DNA from: the human T2T-CHM13v2.0 reference genome, Homo sapiens
Strand: one strand, 5' to 3'
DNA: 64,000 nt
NCBI RefSeq assembly: GCF_009914755.1
Contig: NC_060934.1
The notes under the pieces: generated by a model
The model's database searches: none
Told to the model about the DNA's origin: nothing
What the model saw: only the letters and a program-made list of their open reading frames with translations
Program-made: the position numbers and the translations under genes
Part shown: piece after piece, positions 48,769 through 64,000 of the stretch
Numbering within the stretch: the first letter of the stretch is position 1
Layout of the letters: each line of letters begins with the position of its first letter

Positions 48769-49784
48769 CTAAACAGAGTGCAGCAAGCATAAAGCAGCTG
48801 TTCTTTGTCTCTTTGGGCTCTAACCAGTCATGTCTTGGACGTTCACAGCTGCACTTGTTCAAGAGGACTTTTCTGAGGCAGGATCAAGAATCAGGATAGG
48901 TCCTTTTTTGCTAGAAAAAGGTTCATTGAGCCTCATGAGGAGGCAGCTTCTTAAAGTGGATTTTTTTTTTTTTTTTGGATAAAGCCTACTGCATGGCGTG
49001 ACTGCCTGAGATCAGAGCCAGACTCCTTTCCAAAGAAAGGCTAATAAATTCTTTTCTCTCCTTCAACTCTGAACAGGAGAAGTAGTCTGAGACCATCTCC
49101 TGGCATGAGAGAAAGAGCTCTGGATTGATTAGTGATGGCTGCCATGCATTGGCCATCCTGAAAGTGGAAATTGACATCCAGTGAGTGAATATGCTGTATC
49201 CACAATTCCGCACCTGCCTATAATCACCCTGATGGGCTGAGACTTTTTCTAACTCAGCATAACCAGACCACCTAAGGCAATGTAATATTTGAGATGCAAA
49301 CCCCCCGGAACCCCAGCACTAAACAATATCATAACATGGGTGAATAACAATAATAATAGCAGGAAGAAGAATCAGGTACCCAAGGTCACACCGTGAAACT
49401 AATGGCAAAATCAAGAAATAGGTAGATGGGGCTAGTGGCCCTTCAGGTCCTGTCTGGCACTCAGATTGAGGGTTCTAGGCACCTCTCCTCCCCCCAGCTC
49501 TGTACTAACAACACAGGAGCTGAGCCATGCAGAGTCCTCTCCCCATGGCCTCTTGAGCCTCACCTGGCCTGGCATCCTTGGTTTCGCCATCTGCCCTCCT
49601 CTATCAAAAAGCCTCTTCTTTTAGTGATCACTGATTTTATCCTCAGGTTAGATGCCCCTGAAGAAAGTCTTCTACAGTTTGCAAAGAGCCTTCTTTATAT
49701 TGTCAAAGAGGGTCATGAGAATCCTACCCTCGTTGGTGGGCCTGCTATTGCCTTTCAGATGGGTCATGCTTTGTATTCATAGCC

Positions 49785-50006
49785 CAGTAGTTCTCAACAG
49801 GGAACTGGGGGGTGATGTGGCTTCATTGCGGACACTTGGCAATGTCTGGAAAGATTTTTGGTTGTCACCGCTGGGGAGGGAGTGCTACTGGCATGTAGTA
49901 GGTAGATGCCAGGGCTGCTACTGGGGATCCACAGTGCACGGGACAGCACCCCAACAGGCACGTATCTGGCCCAAAATGTTTACAGTGCCGGGGCTGAGAA
50001 ACACTG
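49785..50006. mobile_element. MER20 hAT-Charlie DNA transposon
   Basis: TIRs cagtagttctcaac / gctgagaaacactg; 8-bp TSD tcatagcc / tcataggg; internal ggcaatgtctgga...ttttggttgtcac. Confidence 0.88.
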
Positions 50007-50178
50007 TCATAGGGGAAGCCAGAATGAGGCCCCCCAAGAGTGCCCCAGACAATGTCCTCGTTCCACGAAGCTTTTCCTCATTCCCCACATTGGAGGGCAG
50101 CACGAGTGCCTCTGAAGTCCTACAGCTGTTAGCCGACAGCTGTCCTGGACACGTGACATGTCCTGGGTGACTCTGTAA

Positions 50179-50667
<489 letters not shown>

Positions 50668-53600
50668 TGACAGCCTCAGTTTCCTCAAGTGTAAAATGGG
50701 GATAATAGTTCTTAGGATGCGGCTTTGAAGAGTAGAGGAGGTACTAGGTGTGAGGTTCTAGAACAAGGCCTGGCACACAGCAAGCTCTCAGTACATGCCA
50801 GTTATTATCTTTGTAATAACCCGAGTCTTGTCTGGCCAGCCCAGACATAGAGACTCTACCTACTTCTTTGAAAAGAAAAAATAGGCTATGTGGAATTTTC
50901 TGAAGAGCTTTCTGGAAGGAAGGTGGAATTCTGATATCTGTGGCTTGTTTGGCCCTAAGTATGCTGGTTTGAGGCCCACATGTGTGCATCTATTTTGTTG
51001 TTGTCTTTGCTTTTCTTTCCTCTTCTCTTCTCGTCTCTCTTCCACCTTATTCCAGAAAGAATGTAGGCCACTTCTTTCTTTGTCTCCTTTTCCAGTCCTG
51101 ACCACCCCAGCCTCCTCTCACCTGGTCTCTAAGTCGTCTCCATCTGCACTGCCAGCTGCTGCTTTGGGCTACAGGTTGGCATCCCCTCGGGCTGACTCAT
51201 AAGCAGGTGCCACGGAAAATTCGAGGCCCCCAAAGCCAGCCAGCATACCAGTCATGACGGACTTTCTATTTCCAAGACATGACAGCAAAGCCCTGTTATT
51301 CTAGAGCCAGACAGGCAGCCGGAGCCCCCAGTCACTCCCCCTCCCTGAGCCTGAGCCTGGAGGGAGAGCCCCACTGCCTGCGGGAATCTGACTCAGCCCT
51401 TCCCCGCTGTGCAGGCAGTGAGAGCCAGCTGGGCTCCTGCAGAACTGCAACAAGCTTGGTGCTGGCTCATGAGCCTCTGTGCTCTTCTGAAGCCTTTGTC
51501 CCAGTGTCTTCAAGGGCCAGACTGGGCTCTTCCATCTCCCCTGTACCCAAGTCAAAACATTCATCAGGCCATCAGTGAAAGGCTCTGGTGAGCCAGACAG
51601 TGAGTTCATGGAAAAGCAGGAGAATTTGGAAGTGGAAATGGAGTCATTAACGTTACGGTCTTTAACATGTCTAGAATGGGTCCCTAAAATGAAAACATTT
51701 AGCCCTGCTAAGACAGCCACTCTGATCCAAGCCTCCCTGCTAGAGGCTACGCCTGGCTGAGAGACAAGAGGGAAGGTGCAGAGATGAAATCCCAGTGCCC
51801 TGGACTGTCACAACTCCAGGGTCTCCTCGCAAGTTCCATGGACCGATCAAGCCATGGGATTCACGTCTTTCAATAGGAACAGTCACAGTCCTTCATGTGC
51901 CTTTAAAAGCGAAAATATCTCACAATGGTGGTTTGCATACCTGTCTCACGGTTATCACTTTCATGTTCTCAATATCATCTGTGTTGCTATCCTGGAACTT
52001 CTGGCCAGACCCTGGATTGCTGGACTCTGCAGAGATGCACAGGCTCTCCAGCTGCTTGATTTCCTTCCATGGAGACTGGAGGAGCAGCTGTCCTGGAGAG
52101 GACGTGTTTATTCTCTAGCGTGGAATCCAAGGAGGAAGTGGCCCACTTACTAAAAACAAACTAACCACCTTGGCTTTGGAGAACTTTGGGGAAGAGTATG
52201 AACAAATTATTGATATCTTATCCAATTTTGGGGTTTTACTCAACCTGGAGGGAATACTGAATTCCTATCTTTCACTTACTCTGACATAACTGATTCCCTC
52301 CCTCCCTCCCTCTCTTCCTTCTTTTCTTCCTTCCTTCCTATGTGGAATGCTTAGCTTATGCCAGGCATTGTGCTAGGAGCTTACCATCTGAGGGGACAGA
52401 CAAGCCCAAAATGCTGGGAAAGCATGACAAATATTGTGACACATTGTAATATTAACTGCCACCTCCTGCATGCCTACTGTGTGCCAGGCACTCACATGCA
52501 TCCTCCCATTTACTCCCTGCCACGGGGTGGATGGCAGGCTGGCGTGAGCAGATGGGAGGCCGTGTAGTCATACTGGAGAAGAATGTGACCCAGAGTGGAA
52601 CAAGCCTGGTGCTTAGTAGGTTCTCAGTGAGTATTTACTCAGTGAGAGCCAGCACAGAGCCAGGTGACGGATGACAGCGAGGGGAGATGGAGGGGAAAGG
52701 ATCCTTTGCTCTCTCTTTCTTTATAGTTGCACAGGATGATGGGCTTTTTGGCTCTGGCTCACATCATTTTTCATTATCTGGAACCTTGAGCTCCCTGGTG
52801 ATGGAATCCATGTGCTGCGTTCATTCAGCTGATATTTACTAGCACCAGTGTGTGTGAGCCTGGGATGAGCCTGGGATGGGCCCAGGGGGTGGAGCGGCAA
52901 GTGAACCACCTCAGCTGAGCTGCTTGGGGGAAAAGCACAACAGGGACACAGAGTAGTAAATAGAAGGTCGTGGTCAAATTAGTCTCTGAAGAAGAATAAA
53001 ATCAGTTAGCAGGGGAGTGGGGTGCTACCTTACATTTGGGGTCAGGAAAGCCCTCTCGGCGGGAGGGACATGTGAGAAGACCCCCGATGAGGAAGGGAGG
53101 GCGGAAGCCCCACACCATCCCGAGGAGCATGCCGGTGAGGGGCTAGGTGGGGGCATGATGGGCAGAGCGGTGGGCAGGGGTTGCAGGCCATGTGGGAATT
53201 GGGGCTGCTAGTGGGGCCTTGGCTTTTGTGCCAAGGGTGTGGGGCACCTCTGGAGACCTGAGAGCAGTGCCACTCTGTAGCTCACATTCGAGGATGACTG
53301 AGTGGATGGCATTGGCTAGCAATGAATTGGGCTACCTTTTCCCTTCCTCCTGGAAATCCTTGGTGGCAGGGGTCCCCAGAGTGGAGCTCTCTGGGGCAGA
53401 GTGACAATAGCCACCACAGGGACACCTCAGTCCCATGTTGACCCTGCAGCAGGTGGCACTCCCACTGCCTGCCTGCACTGCTCCAGGTGCTCGGGTTACA
53501 GAAATGACTGAGGTTCAGTCTGCCCTTAAACTGCTCAAAGCCTAATAAGAGAAAGGATGGGGGAGGTCATAAATATGTAAAATGCAGTGTGAGCATCAGT

Positions 53601-53746
53601 TTCTCGGTTTTGACCATGCACAGGGCTATGTAGGATCGTTGGGGGAAGTTAGGCGAGGGATACGTGGGAACTCTGCACTCTTTTTGCAACTTCTTATGAG
53701 TCTTAAACTATTTCAAAGTAAATAAGTATTTAAAAATGCGTCTATA

Positions 53747-54062
53747 GGCCGGGCGCGGTGGTTCACATTTGTAATCCCAGCACTTTGGGAGGCTGAGGCT
53801 GGCAGATCACCTGAGGTCAGGAGTTCGAGACCAGCCTGGCCAACATGGTGAAACTCCATTTCTACTAAAAATGTAAAACTAGCCAGGCATGGTGGAGCAT
53901 GCCTATAATCCCAGCTACTTGGGAGGCTGAGGCAGGAGAATAGCTTGAACCCAGAAGGCAGAGGTTGCAGTGAGCCTAGACAGTGCCACTGCATTCTAGC
54001 CTGGGCGACAAGAGTGAAACTCCATCTCACACACAAAAATTAATTAATTAATTAATTAATTA
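53747..54062 (+). mobile_element. AluS-type SINE with (AATT)n tail
   Basis: ggccgggcgcggtgg...; tail aattaattaatt. Confidence 0.92.
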
Positions 54063-54104
54063 CATCTATGAAACAAATAAAATATAGTGTGATACATATC
54101 TTGA

Positions 54105-54347
<243 letters not shown>

Positions 54348-55299
54348 TAAAAATGCACAAGCAACAACAAAGCAAAACAAACCAACAGTAGACAGTGTTC
54401 AGTGCTTTCTTATTAAAAAGGCCCGAACGTGCAAAGAAAGAAGGGGCGAGAAGGCTAGGGTGACTTGGGGAAATGGAAGAAGGTGGAATGCTACTAAAGA
54501 GAGGTTCTTGTCATTGAGAAAGGGTGTGAAGGATGCAGAGACCGGGAGAAGACAGCGGCTTCTCAGAGACGGACCAAGCACAAAAGGAATTGCTGCTTTA
54601 GGCTCACACCCACCCAGGGAAGCCATCAGGCCCAGCCTTGCTCCCAAATAACACTTTACCGGCCTCTTCCTGCCAAGGACCACCCCTTACCTCCCCCAAC
54701 TTGGGCTCACTCTCTCCCCATCCCCTCACAGCCACTCATGGGCAGACTTCTTTGCTTGTGCAACATCCGTGATGTCATGTGATGGCACTTGTTTAGGAAT
54801 CGCTCGGTGAGGAAACTTCAGCACTCGTTGGGCCATTTGTCGCCAGAGGACACTCTGACGGTGAATCAGCTAAGTCCATCTGGCCCCTAGCCAAGGCAGT
54901 TCAGTTCCTGAACCATCAAATTATTCTGGCTCTTTCCAAGAGTCTTTAACCTTTTTGGAAGTCCCCAGACTCCAAGGAGAATCTGCTGTAAGATATATGT
55001 TGTCTCCAGAAAAAAAAAATACACGACGTGCACACAAAATTCTACACCTATATGGGCAGTCACATTCCTGCGCAGGCCACAGACCCCAGGTTAGGGGAGA
55101 ACCCAGGATGGTCTCACCCCTGAGAACAGGCTTAAAGGAGGATCCTTTCAGCAGAAGCTCAGCTTTCTTTAGCTTCAGCCTCAACTCCTTTGGGAAGGCT
55201 GGTAGCACAGATCGTCAGCTTCTGGGCGGTGCCTGCATCCAGGTGAGAGGTGGCGCATTTTCTCTAAGGGCACCTCTGCCTGCCCAGCTGCAGGAGTGA

Positions 55300-55485
<186 letters not shown>

Positions 55486-58400
55486 TAAGGAAACAAGGCT
55501 GACTTTGGGCAGGGCCGGGCCTGGGGGAAATCGGAAGGGCAATTCCTGGCCCATTTGCTGGAACATTCCTCTTCATTGGGCTAAGACACCTCAGGTGTCT
55601 TTGTGCCAAGCATGGCCTTGAGCCTGGAAAGGAACTGAGACACTAATTCACACTAACAGGTGAGCCATCTCTCCAGCAACACGCTAGTTTTAACCAAACG
55701 ATTCTCGACTCACAGGAATGAAATGCAAATGGGAGGATTTCTACCACTGGGAGAGACTTCATGTGTATACACAGTGACTTCCTAGTAGCCCCCAAACCAG
55801 GCTTGCTTATCAATTTCACCTCTTCTCATTGTTGGCTAAAAGAAAAAAAAAATCTCTCTCCTTTAAGTCATACACACACACAGAAGCTGGCCATTGGAGG
55901 ACAAGCTGACTTTTCCATCACTGTTGGGCCTACATTTTCCTGCTCATTTGAGATAAAGTCTTGTTTTTTCTTGTAAATAATATTTTTATTGTTATAAATG
56001 TTACATACAGTCATTGTAGGTCTTTTGGAAGAGAGGAAAATGCAAAGATCAAAGTTAAAATTGCCCTCAAATCCCCCTGCCCATTTTAGGCATAGCCTCT
56101 CTTTTGGACATTCAGACCCCGCTGGCCCACCTGGGCTGCCCATCGGGAGGGTTCATCAGGGTGTGTTGGGGGTGTGGGGAGGAGGTGGTGGGGAACCAGG
56201 AGGCATTCAAAGTGGGTTGGCATTGAATGTGAAAGCTTCCTCATCCTGACGAGGGTTGCCTGGGCTCATGGATGCAGAAATCATGAGCATGAGGGGGTAA
56301 CAGACATTGCTTGGTGTTTCCACCTGCATCCAAGCAGCCGAGGAAACACACCCTGGAGGGGTGAGACTCAGAGCTCCCAGTTTGCACTGGGCTTTTCCTG
56401 CAAAGTCAAAAGTAACCTGGGTCCGTGCAGGGTCTGTGCTCAGTTCTACAATAAGGTGCCCCTTAGTCTCTATGTACACTGGCAGTCTCTGACATAAAAT
56501 GTGGCTTATAACATTTGTCCCATCTACTTCCCAGGACTTTGTTGGGGATTAGGGGATGTCAGCACATAGGGCTTTAGGATGGAGTGTTTGCCTTTCAGTT
56601 CTCAGCCCCTTGCAGGGATGACCTCATTTCATCTTCCCTGCAACCCTAGGAGGTAGAACTATTACTATGCTCATTTTACAGATGAGAAGACTGGGGCTTT
56701 GGGAAGTAAGTAACTTGGCCAAGGCCACGCAGCTGCCAAGTAGAGAAGCCAGGACTCGTAGGTCAGGGGGCCCCAGAGCCTGGACCTCTAACACTGTACT
56801 ATTCCACTTCGCTTGGGTGAGGTGGTAATGTTGTCACTTGCTAATTTGTGGTTCTGACCCTCCCTTCAATGGCATTTAGTCAGGAGAGGTTTGCTTAGGG
56901 TCACTCACTTGTTGGTTTATTCACTCACACCTACACTCATTCATTCATCTGCCTCAAGGACAACTTCTTAGGCTCCTCTGGGAGGCCAAGAAGACAGTGA
57001 GGGACCAGATGGGCAGGATCCCTGCCCTCTAAAGTCTCCTGTCCAACAGTCTCCATGACACCAGAAGTGAATAAAGGTGGATGGAATGAAGTTTGGGAAT
57101 TCCTAACTGGAAAATGTTGTGCTATGTATTATTAAGTTCAAGCAAAATTAGTATCTATAATAAGAAAGAGCATTTCTTAGAATTTCTCCTCCCTTTTTTG
57201 TGTGTCCTGTAATATTCCTTCATTCCATTAATGCTTATGAAAGAGTAAGTGAACCAAGTGGAAAATCATTCATGGGATTCATTTCTCTAGAATATTTTGT
57301 TTCATCTCCTGGGCTTTTTGAGGGATGTGTGCCTACTGCATTGATGTCCTGAAGAGAGAGGTGGTATCTTGTAGCTTTTTTTCCCTAATTCCTGATGCAA
57401 TTCAGTATAAAGAAGAGATCAGGGCAGGAGGTGGTCTGCCTGTTTTGTTTACTTCTTAAACCTCAGGCTCATTATCTGACTGAATGAAGGAATGAATGAA
57501 TATACCATCCAAGCCAAGAGAAGACATTAGCTGCTCTGCAGAGGGGAGAGACAGATATCTCCTGGGGATCTTACAGGTTTCAATTCATTTTTTGTAGAGT
57601 TCACACAGTCAGATTCAACCCCATGGATGTTTTTGAGCTGGTGCCTCATTCTGGGGACTCATGAAATGACTAGGTCCAGGCCTTTGATCTGGAGCATGTG
57701 GCAGCCTCGTTGGGAACGCAGGTGTCTGGACCTCTCTGCAGGGGACACACATTGAAGAGGGCCTGGAGTCTTGAAGAAGCACTCCAGTGTGTCAGCATGG
57801 TCAGACTGTGGGGTTAGGTGGCCGTGGTAGATGGGAGATGAATAGTTGCAGGCAGAGCCAACTGGTGTAGCGTCTTAGAACCATCTAAGGAATCTGGCCT
57901 TGACCCTGAAGGTCGTGGGGTGAAAAGTCCAGGTTTTCCTGAGATTCCCGTGTCCCTTCCGTTGTATATATCACCCACTGTCAGCCCAGCATAGCCTTGT
58001 GATGTATAACTATGAAATCATAGCTCCTTTCGACAGAGTATTTCTGAGCAGCTATTTCCTGGTGCAGTCCAGGAAGTTATCTCTGACCTGAATGCTGGCA
58101 GGGTAGCTTCCATCTTGAAGTGGGGCCTCTGGCCACCTTCTGTCTCCAAGCCTCAGCTGCCCTACCTTAGGAGCAGACTGGAAGCCGCATTTAACCTTCA
58201 GAACTCTCGCCCTGGCTTATCCAGAGATGAACCAAGAAGGGCAGCTTCTTCATCCTCCTTTCCCCTCCCCCCACCTTGTTTTGAATGCCAGAGCAGGAGG
58301 GGCTTTGCAGCTAATGAGCCAAACCTTTCATTCCACTGATGAGCAAACATAGGCTTGCCTGAAGCTGATGGGACCTGCCCAAGATTCTCCAGATAATTGT

Positions 58401-59456
58401 GGTGGGGCTGGGATTCTAGGTCAGAGGCCAGGGCGGGCCTGCACATAGTTGGGCTGGGTCTTGCCTGCCTTTGAGAGGCTGATGGCGCAGTTGGCAGGGT
58501 GTGGCATCATAGGATACATGTGTGTTTGTGTGTCTGTGTAACGGAAGTGCCCCAGGTCACTCTGATAGCATCACAACGTTCAGGTGCTGAGTGAGACCTC
58601 ACAGGTTATCTCAGCTGAGCTCCCAGGCAGTGGGAAATTGCCAGATGACAGCTTAATTCTGAATCACACATACCTGAGGCCTCCCATCTTGAAGAGATGC
58701 AGTGTGTGTGCACACAGCTTCCACTGGGTGATGTTCCTTTGACTCTCATGTCAATATCTTTATTGGCACTTGGGCTGGAGTCACAGCAGGGATTGTGGCT
58801 GTCACATGCGTGTACCAGCACATATGTGCATGCATGTGTATGCACACACACGCTCACACACATACACATGGAGCATCTCCCTGGTTGTCACTTGGGTTCC
58901 TCCAGGCTCACAGGGCCAGAGGGGCATTTCCTTGCCTCCATGCAGGGCTGAACTTCCTCTGTGGGCAACTTCCTGGTCCTTTAGAATTTCCAGAAGAGGA
59001 AACCCCCCACTTCCCTGAGCCCAGAGGCGAGCCCGGATGGCTTTCTTTGCTTCCTTTGGTCTGGGAAGTCTGATCATTCCAGTCCAGCCCAGCCAATGGG
59101 TTTCACAGTGAGGAAGGGGAAGCATAAGAGAAGGTGCCAGCCTCCTGGGGCACTCATTTCTCCCCTGCAACTCCAAGCCCAGCTAGTGCTCCCTGTAGGT
59201 TTCGACAGACAAAAGCTGGCACCTAAAGGCTCCTGGACCCGATGAGGGTGGGGCCCGAGCCTCCTGTTCAGCCTCGTCACAGCTTGGGCTTCACCCTCTG
59301 CTGACCGGTGAGGCCATGAGCTCCAGGACGAAAAGGCCTCCACCTGTCCCTGGTGGCATTTCCAGAACCAGCAGCACAGGTCAGCACAGAGCTGGCACTC
59401 AGGATGGATTTGTATGGGGAGCGCTGCTTCCCGGCAGTCTGTTGTTTCATGGGAGG

Positions 59457-59633
59457 TGGAGGGAGGTAAGGAACCAGGTAGAAGAAGGAAGGCATGGAAA
59501 TCAAAACTAAGGCAGTATGTGGGGAGGAGCAATCAGGGTGACTTCCAAGAGGAGGTGGTGCTGGACCTGAGCCTGGAAGAATTACAGCAGTCAAAGGGGG
59601 AGAAAGAGGGGACAGGGTGGAGCAGCATCAAAC
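59457..59633 (+). repeat. Dispersed direct repeat B, copy 1 (L2-derived sequence)
   Basis: ~85-88% identical by hand alignment to 60988-61161. Confidence 0.9.
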
Positions 59634-60987
59634 TGGGATAAGCCTGGCCACTAAGACCCAATGCAGCTGCAATGGCCAGAGGTTTGGATGAGCCCAGGTT
59701 ATGCAGGATCTTGTAGCCACATGAGCAGGTCTTGGTTCAGTCAGCAGAGCAGGAAGCCTGGGCTTGGGAGGGGAGAGTGGCAGAGCCTCTGTGGTTTAGG
59801 CTGAGCCCCTCCTGTGTGAAGGATGTGGTATAAATGTGGGAGGCTGCAGGGCAGGGAGGCTGGCTGTTGAGAGGCTATGCAGAGGCTCAGCCGAGAGACC
59901 AGGAGGGTCTGAACTAGGCAGGGGAAGTGGGAGCGGGAGGAGGGGCACGCTCAAGAGACAGCCAAGATGCAGGATTGACAGGACTCAGCAGTCTTAGAAG
60001 GCAAAATGCCCAGGGGATGACAGCAGCGCCTCATGTTTACTCAGTACAGGTTTCCCCAGTACTCAAGACAACTCCTTCTAATGGGTAGAGTCAGTCTCCC
60101 TGTCTGAAGGGCCGATCCTAGCACACAAGGGGGTAGAGTGCCTTGGCCATGACCAGATTATTTATTCACTTATCATTTCTTACCTTGTTCTAGTAAAGGC
60201 TTTGAGTGGCTTCCATGAATACATGAAATGAAGCCACAGAACACCAATTTTCTTTTTTTTAAGGAGGAAGAAAAAGATGGAGAAGCTACCATTGTATACT
60301 AACTCTAATAACCACACTTTTTTCCTAAGATAGGCCATACATTCAGCTCTGAACTTGCTAGCGGCAGATAAAAAGGGAAACTTGATCAGTGATATTCGAT
60401 GCAAACTAGATAACAGTTTAAAAAACAATTCACTTGGGAGAAGTACAACTACTATTAGTATGAAAACTGTGGATGTCTTCAGCAGATGACCCCAAGCAAC
60501 CTAATGGTCAATGTCCTCAAGAATGTCTGTAGAGTAAATGCAATAATAAATCTTATAATGTTTTTTTCTTGGTTTTGGCAAAAGCGGCACACCAAAATGC
60601 AACTCAGTAAAAGCTACTCTCCAGGGATGTGGTTGTTGGTGGTAACAAGACCCCATCTGCCTTCTGGTCTGGCCTTATGGAAGGATACATTTTAGAATAA
60701 GTGCAAGAGGTACTGGATGTCCTTTAAGCCTCTGCCCATGAGCGGTGTGTATATCAACTGAGTTTAGGACAACCATTGAGTCATAATGAGTTTAAGGTTG
60801 TGCTTCCGTATGAGATCCCAGTGGCTACTCTCGGGTGCCCTGCTCAATGAAGTGAACATACTTCAAAGCAATTTTGCTGCAGAGAGGTTAGTATTAGCTG
60901 TGAAAGTTCAGTCACTGAAACATCTGTGACCCTACCTGCCACATAGCACGTCTACCACACTCCATTCACCTCGGCTCATGCCCTCCT

Positions 60988-61161
60988 TGGAGGGAGGCAA
61001 GGAACCAGGTAGAAGGAAGTCATGCAAATCAAAGCTAAGGGATTATGTGGAGAGGAGCAATCAGGGAGACTTCCAAGAGGAGGTGATGCTGGAGCTGAGC
61101 CCAGACGAACTACAATAGTCAAAGAGGGAGAGAGAGGGGACAGTGTGGAGCAGTGTTAAAC
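60988..61161 (+). repeat. Dispersed direct repeat B, copy 2
   Basis: shares aaggaaccaggtagaag, gaggagcaatcaggg and gacttccaagaggaggtg with copy 1. Confidence 0.9.
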
Positions 61162-61980
61162 AACGGCACTGCAGCTGTGCCAGCCCTGACATTCCTTCAA
61201 AGTGTGGCACCTGCTCCTGCCCCAGGGCCTTTGCACATGCTGTTTCCTCTTCTTGGAATGCTGGTCTTTGAATCCCTGGCCTGGCCTGTTCTTTTTCCTC
61301 CTCTTTCAGGTTTTAAGTGCTTCTCTTCTGACTTCTGGTCACTTTTCTGATTTAACCACACTAGGCTGAAGTCTCCATCATCTGCCTTCCCATCACACCT
61401 TGTTCTTTAACTTTTTAACCCTTAACATGACTGCCAAATGTGGTTATCTGTCTGAAAGTTGACTTAACATGTCACCTCACTGGCCCATCAGTTTTGTTCT
61501 TTGCACACCAAGGACCTCTCCAGGTGCCTAGCACACGGTATGTGTTCAGTGAATAGATCCTTCATGGGTGGGTGAGCCAAATCAACAGGTCCTAGTCATG
61601 AGCTCGCAGAGACCTTCATCTGAGAGCTGCTCTTTGATTCCATTTGTGCACAGAGAGGAATGGGACTTGAGGCCCCTCTGGTGGCACCATAAGGGTCTGT
61701 ACAGGAAGACAGTCCTCAGGCAGGGGGATGACCAGATGGCTATGTTGGCTAAAATCAAACCTCATCTCAGCACCTGGTGGCACTTCAGCTTTGAGCAATA
61801 ATCCTTGTTCCCTGCTATAGGGTTACTTTGTTTTCTCCTGAAGGATTTGATTTCTGGCCTCATCTCCCAGCCCAGAGCTATTTCTAACAAGCCATGTTGG
61901 TCTTGTCCTCTGGCCAAATGTCCATACCCCTAAAGCGAGGCTCCCTTCCGTTCAAAAGTCTGCTGCTGTCCTGGAGTTGA

Positions 61981-62337
<357 letters not shown>

Positions 62338-63293
62338 TAGAAAGACTTTAATCTTAGATGGGGGAAGAAGCAGCATAGCCTTTCTCACCGAAACAGCCGA
62401 AGACCTTCCAGAACATTCTTGCTGGAGTTGTGAGGTCTAGACTCACCTGGGTCTAATCAGTGTGTCAGGGTTAGGAATAAATGATAGAATCCAACCTCAT
62501 TCTCAGAGGAGAAAACAGAGCCAAGGAGGGCAGCAGCCTGCCCAGGGGAACCAGCTGGGTCCAAAGCCCAGGCCTCCTGACTTCAGCTCTCTCTGTATGG
62601 CCACCAGTGACCTGGGGGGGGATACCAAGCAGCATGCCACAGTTCTCCCATCATCGCGTCCTCCCCTTCGCCCCACTGGTAATTCCAAGGCCACTTGTGG
62701 TGGAAACTGCATCCTGGTCAGCATTTCTCAGCAATGCTTGGGCTGCAGAAGGACCCCAGGCCCAGAAGCTATTCGAGGTGTACTGAAGCTCTCTCAAGGT
62801 CCCTGGCTCTAAGACGCCTTTTCCACTTTCTCTGCCCTTCAATTCCTGCTTTTTGGGTGTGTTCATAGCCTCAGAACTCCTGCGAGGTACACCCCTTGGG
62901 CCCTCCATGATCAGCCACTGACTTGAACTAGTGGGCAAAGCCTATGGTCAGGTTGCCTGGGTTTGCATCCGGCTCTGCCACTTACGAGTTGTGTGACGAC
63001 AGGCAAGAGCAGGAACCTGGGAGCGTCAGTTTCCCCACCGGTGACCTAGGGATAACAGTGAACCCACCTCATAGGTTTTCGCTGAGGATTGATTTAAATC
63101 AACTGAGTGCAGCGCCTCGAGCATAGAAAACACTTAGAAAAGGTATCTGCTGTAATTCATGTATTTTGTAGAAAAGGTTTGAGCGCCTCTGCAGTGACTC
63201 TCCCTCTGAGCACACGTGTAGTGTCGTCTCAGGCCAGCAGAGGGTGCCAAGAGCTCAGGACTTCCTTCATCAACTGGCTTTTTTTTGTCTTAG

Positions 63294-63503
<210 letters not shown>

Positions 63504-64000
63504 TGATGGAGGCTGCACCCCCACCTTAAGCTTCCTGCCCTCCTGGACAGCTGAGCCTTGGCTGGGGCTGGAACTCAGGGTGCTGTGTGTGGGGCTGGGG
63601 AGAGGGCTCCCTTCTCGCTCCTTCTTGTGGGTAGGAACCCTCTGAGTACCTGCTGTCTCAGGTATTTTCACCTGGGTGCGAAAAATGAAAGACTTAATTA
63701 CCTAAGTAATTTTTAGAAAAAATCCTGACAACATCAATGCACATTCATTTTAGAAAATGAAATCTCTCACCCTAAATCAGCTTACATCTCCGGCGCTGGC
63801 ACCTCTGCTGAATAACTCTACACCCACGTATCTGATCGCCTGCTTGACCTCTCTGACAATTAAGATTAAAAGCCATCTCTCGGTGCCCCTGCCCTGTCCT
63901 GCACCCCAACCCTGCCCCCAGTGTTCCTCCACCATCTGACTAGCGGATCAAGCTAGACCCTTGATAGTCCTGGACGCCACTTTGACCATACCCCAACCCT

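Noticed and set aside
49652-50170. 172-aa plus ORF upstream of BTBD16 exon 5
   Set aside because: Runs through the MER20 transposon and does not fit the exon phases.
60170-60440. Stretch resembling an ancient interspersed repeat (gccatacattcagctctgaacttgctagc...aaaagggaaac)
   Set aside because: I cannot name the family reliably without a Dfam search, so it is not listed as a feature.

Overview
Human-type (primate, Alu-rich) genomic DNA that I recognise as the TACC2-BTBD16 locus (chr10q26). Both genes are on the + strand. Positions 1-~18.85 kb hold the last seven constitutive coding exons of TACC2, encoding the C-terminal TACC coiled coil (stop at 18354-18356), and a 3'UTR with four AATAAA signals. 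A repeat-rich intergenic spacer (~18.9-35.5 kb) contains an old minus-strand L1, nested LTR/L1 insertions, many Alus and a candidate CTCF site. BTBD16 follows: non-coding exon 1 and coding exons 2-9 (BTB and start of BACK domain); the gene continues past the window. All exon phases were checked by hand and join in frame. Main finding: a 9-nt in-frame microexon (9366-9374, GCAAGCCTG) in a TACC2 intron, with a ~100-nt AG-free, UGC-rich acceptor and a GTAAGT donor. It would insert Gly-Lys-Pro into the coiled-coil segment that aligns with the ch-TOG-binding region of TACC3. Other findings: two short dispersed direct duplications in BTBD16 (one brackets promoter/exon 1), a double-hairpin templated insertion inside an Alu, a rare GAG acceptor, a NAGNAG acceptor, uORFs, and a basic CDK-site insertion in the BTBD16 BTB domain. 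Repeat subfamilies and repeat boundaries are by-eye estimates.
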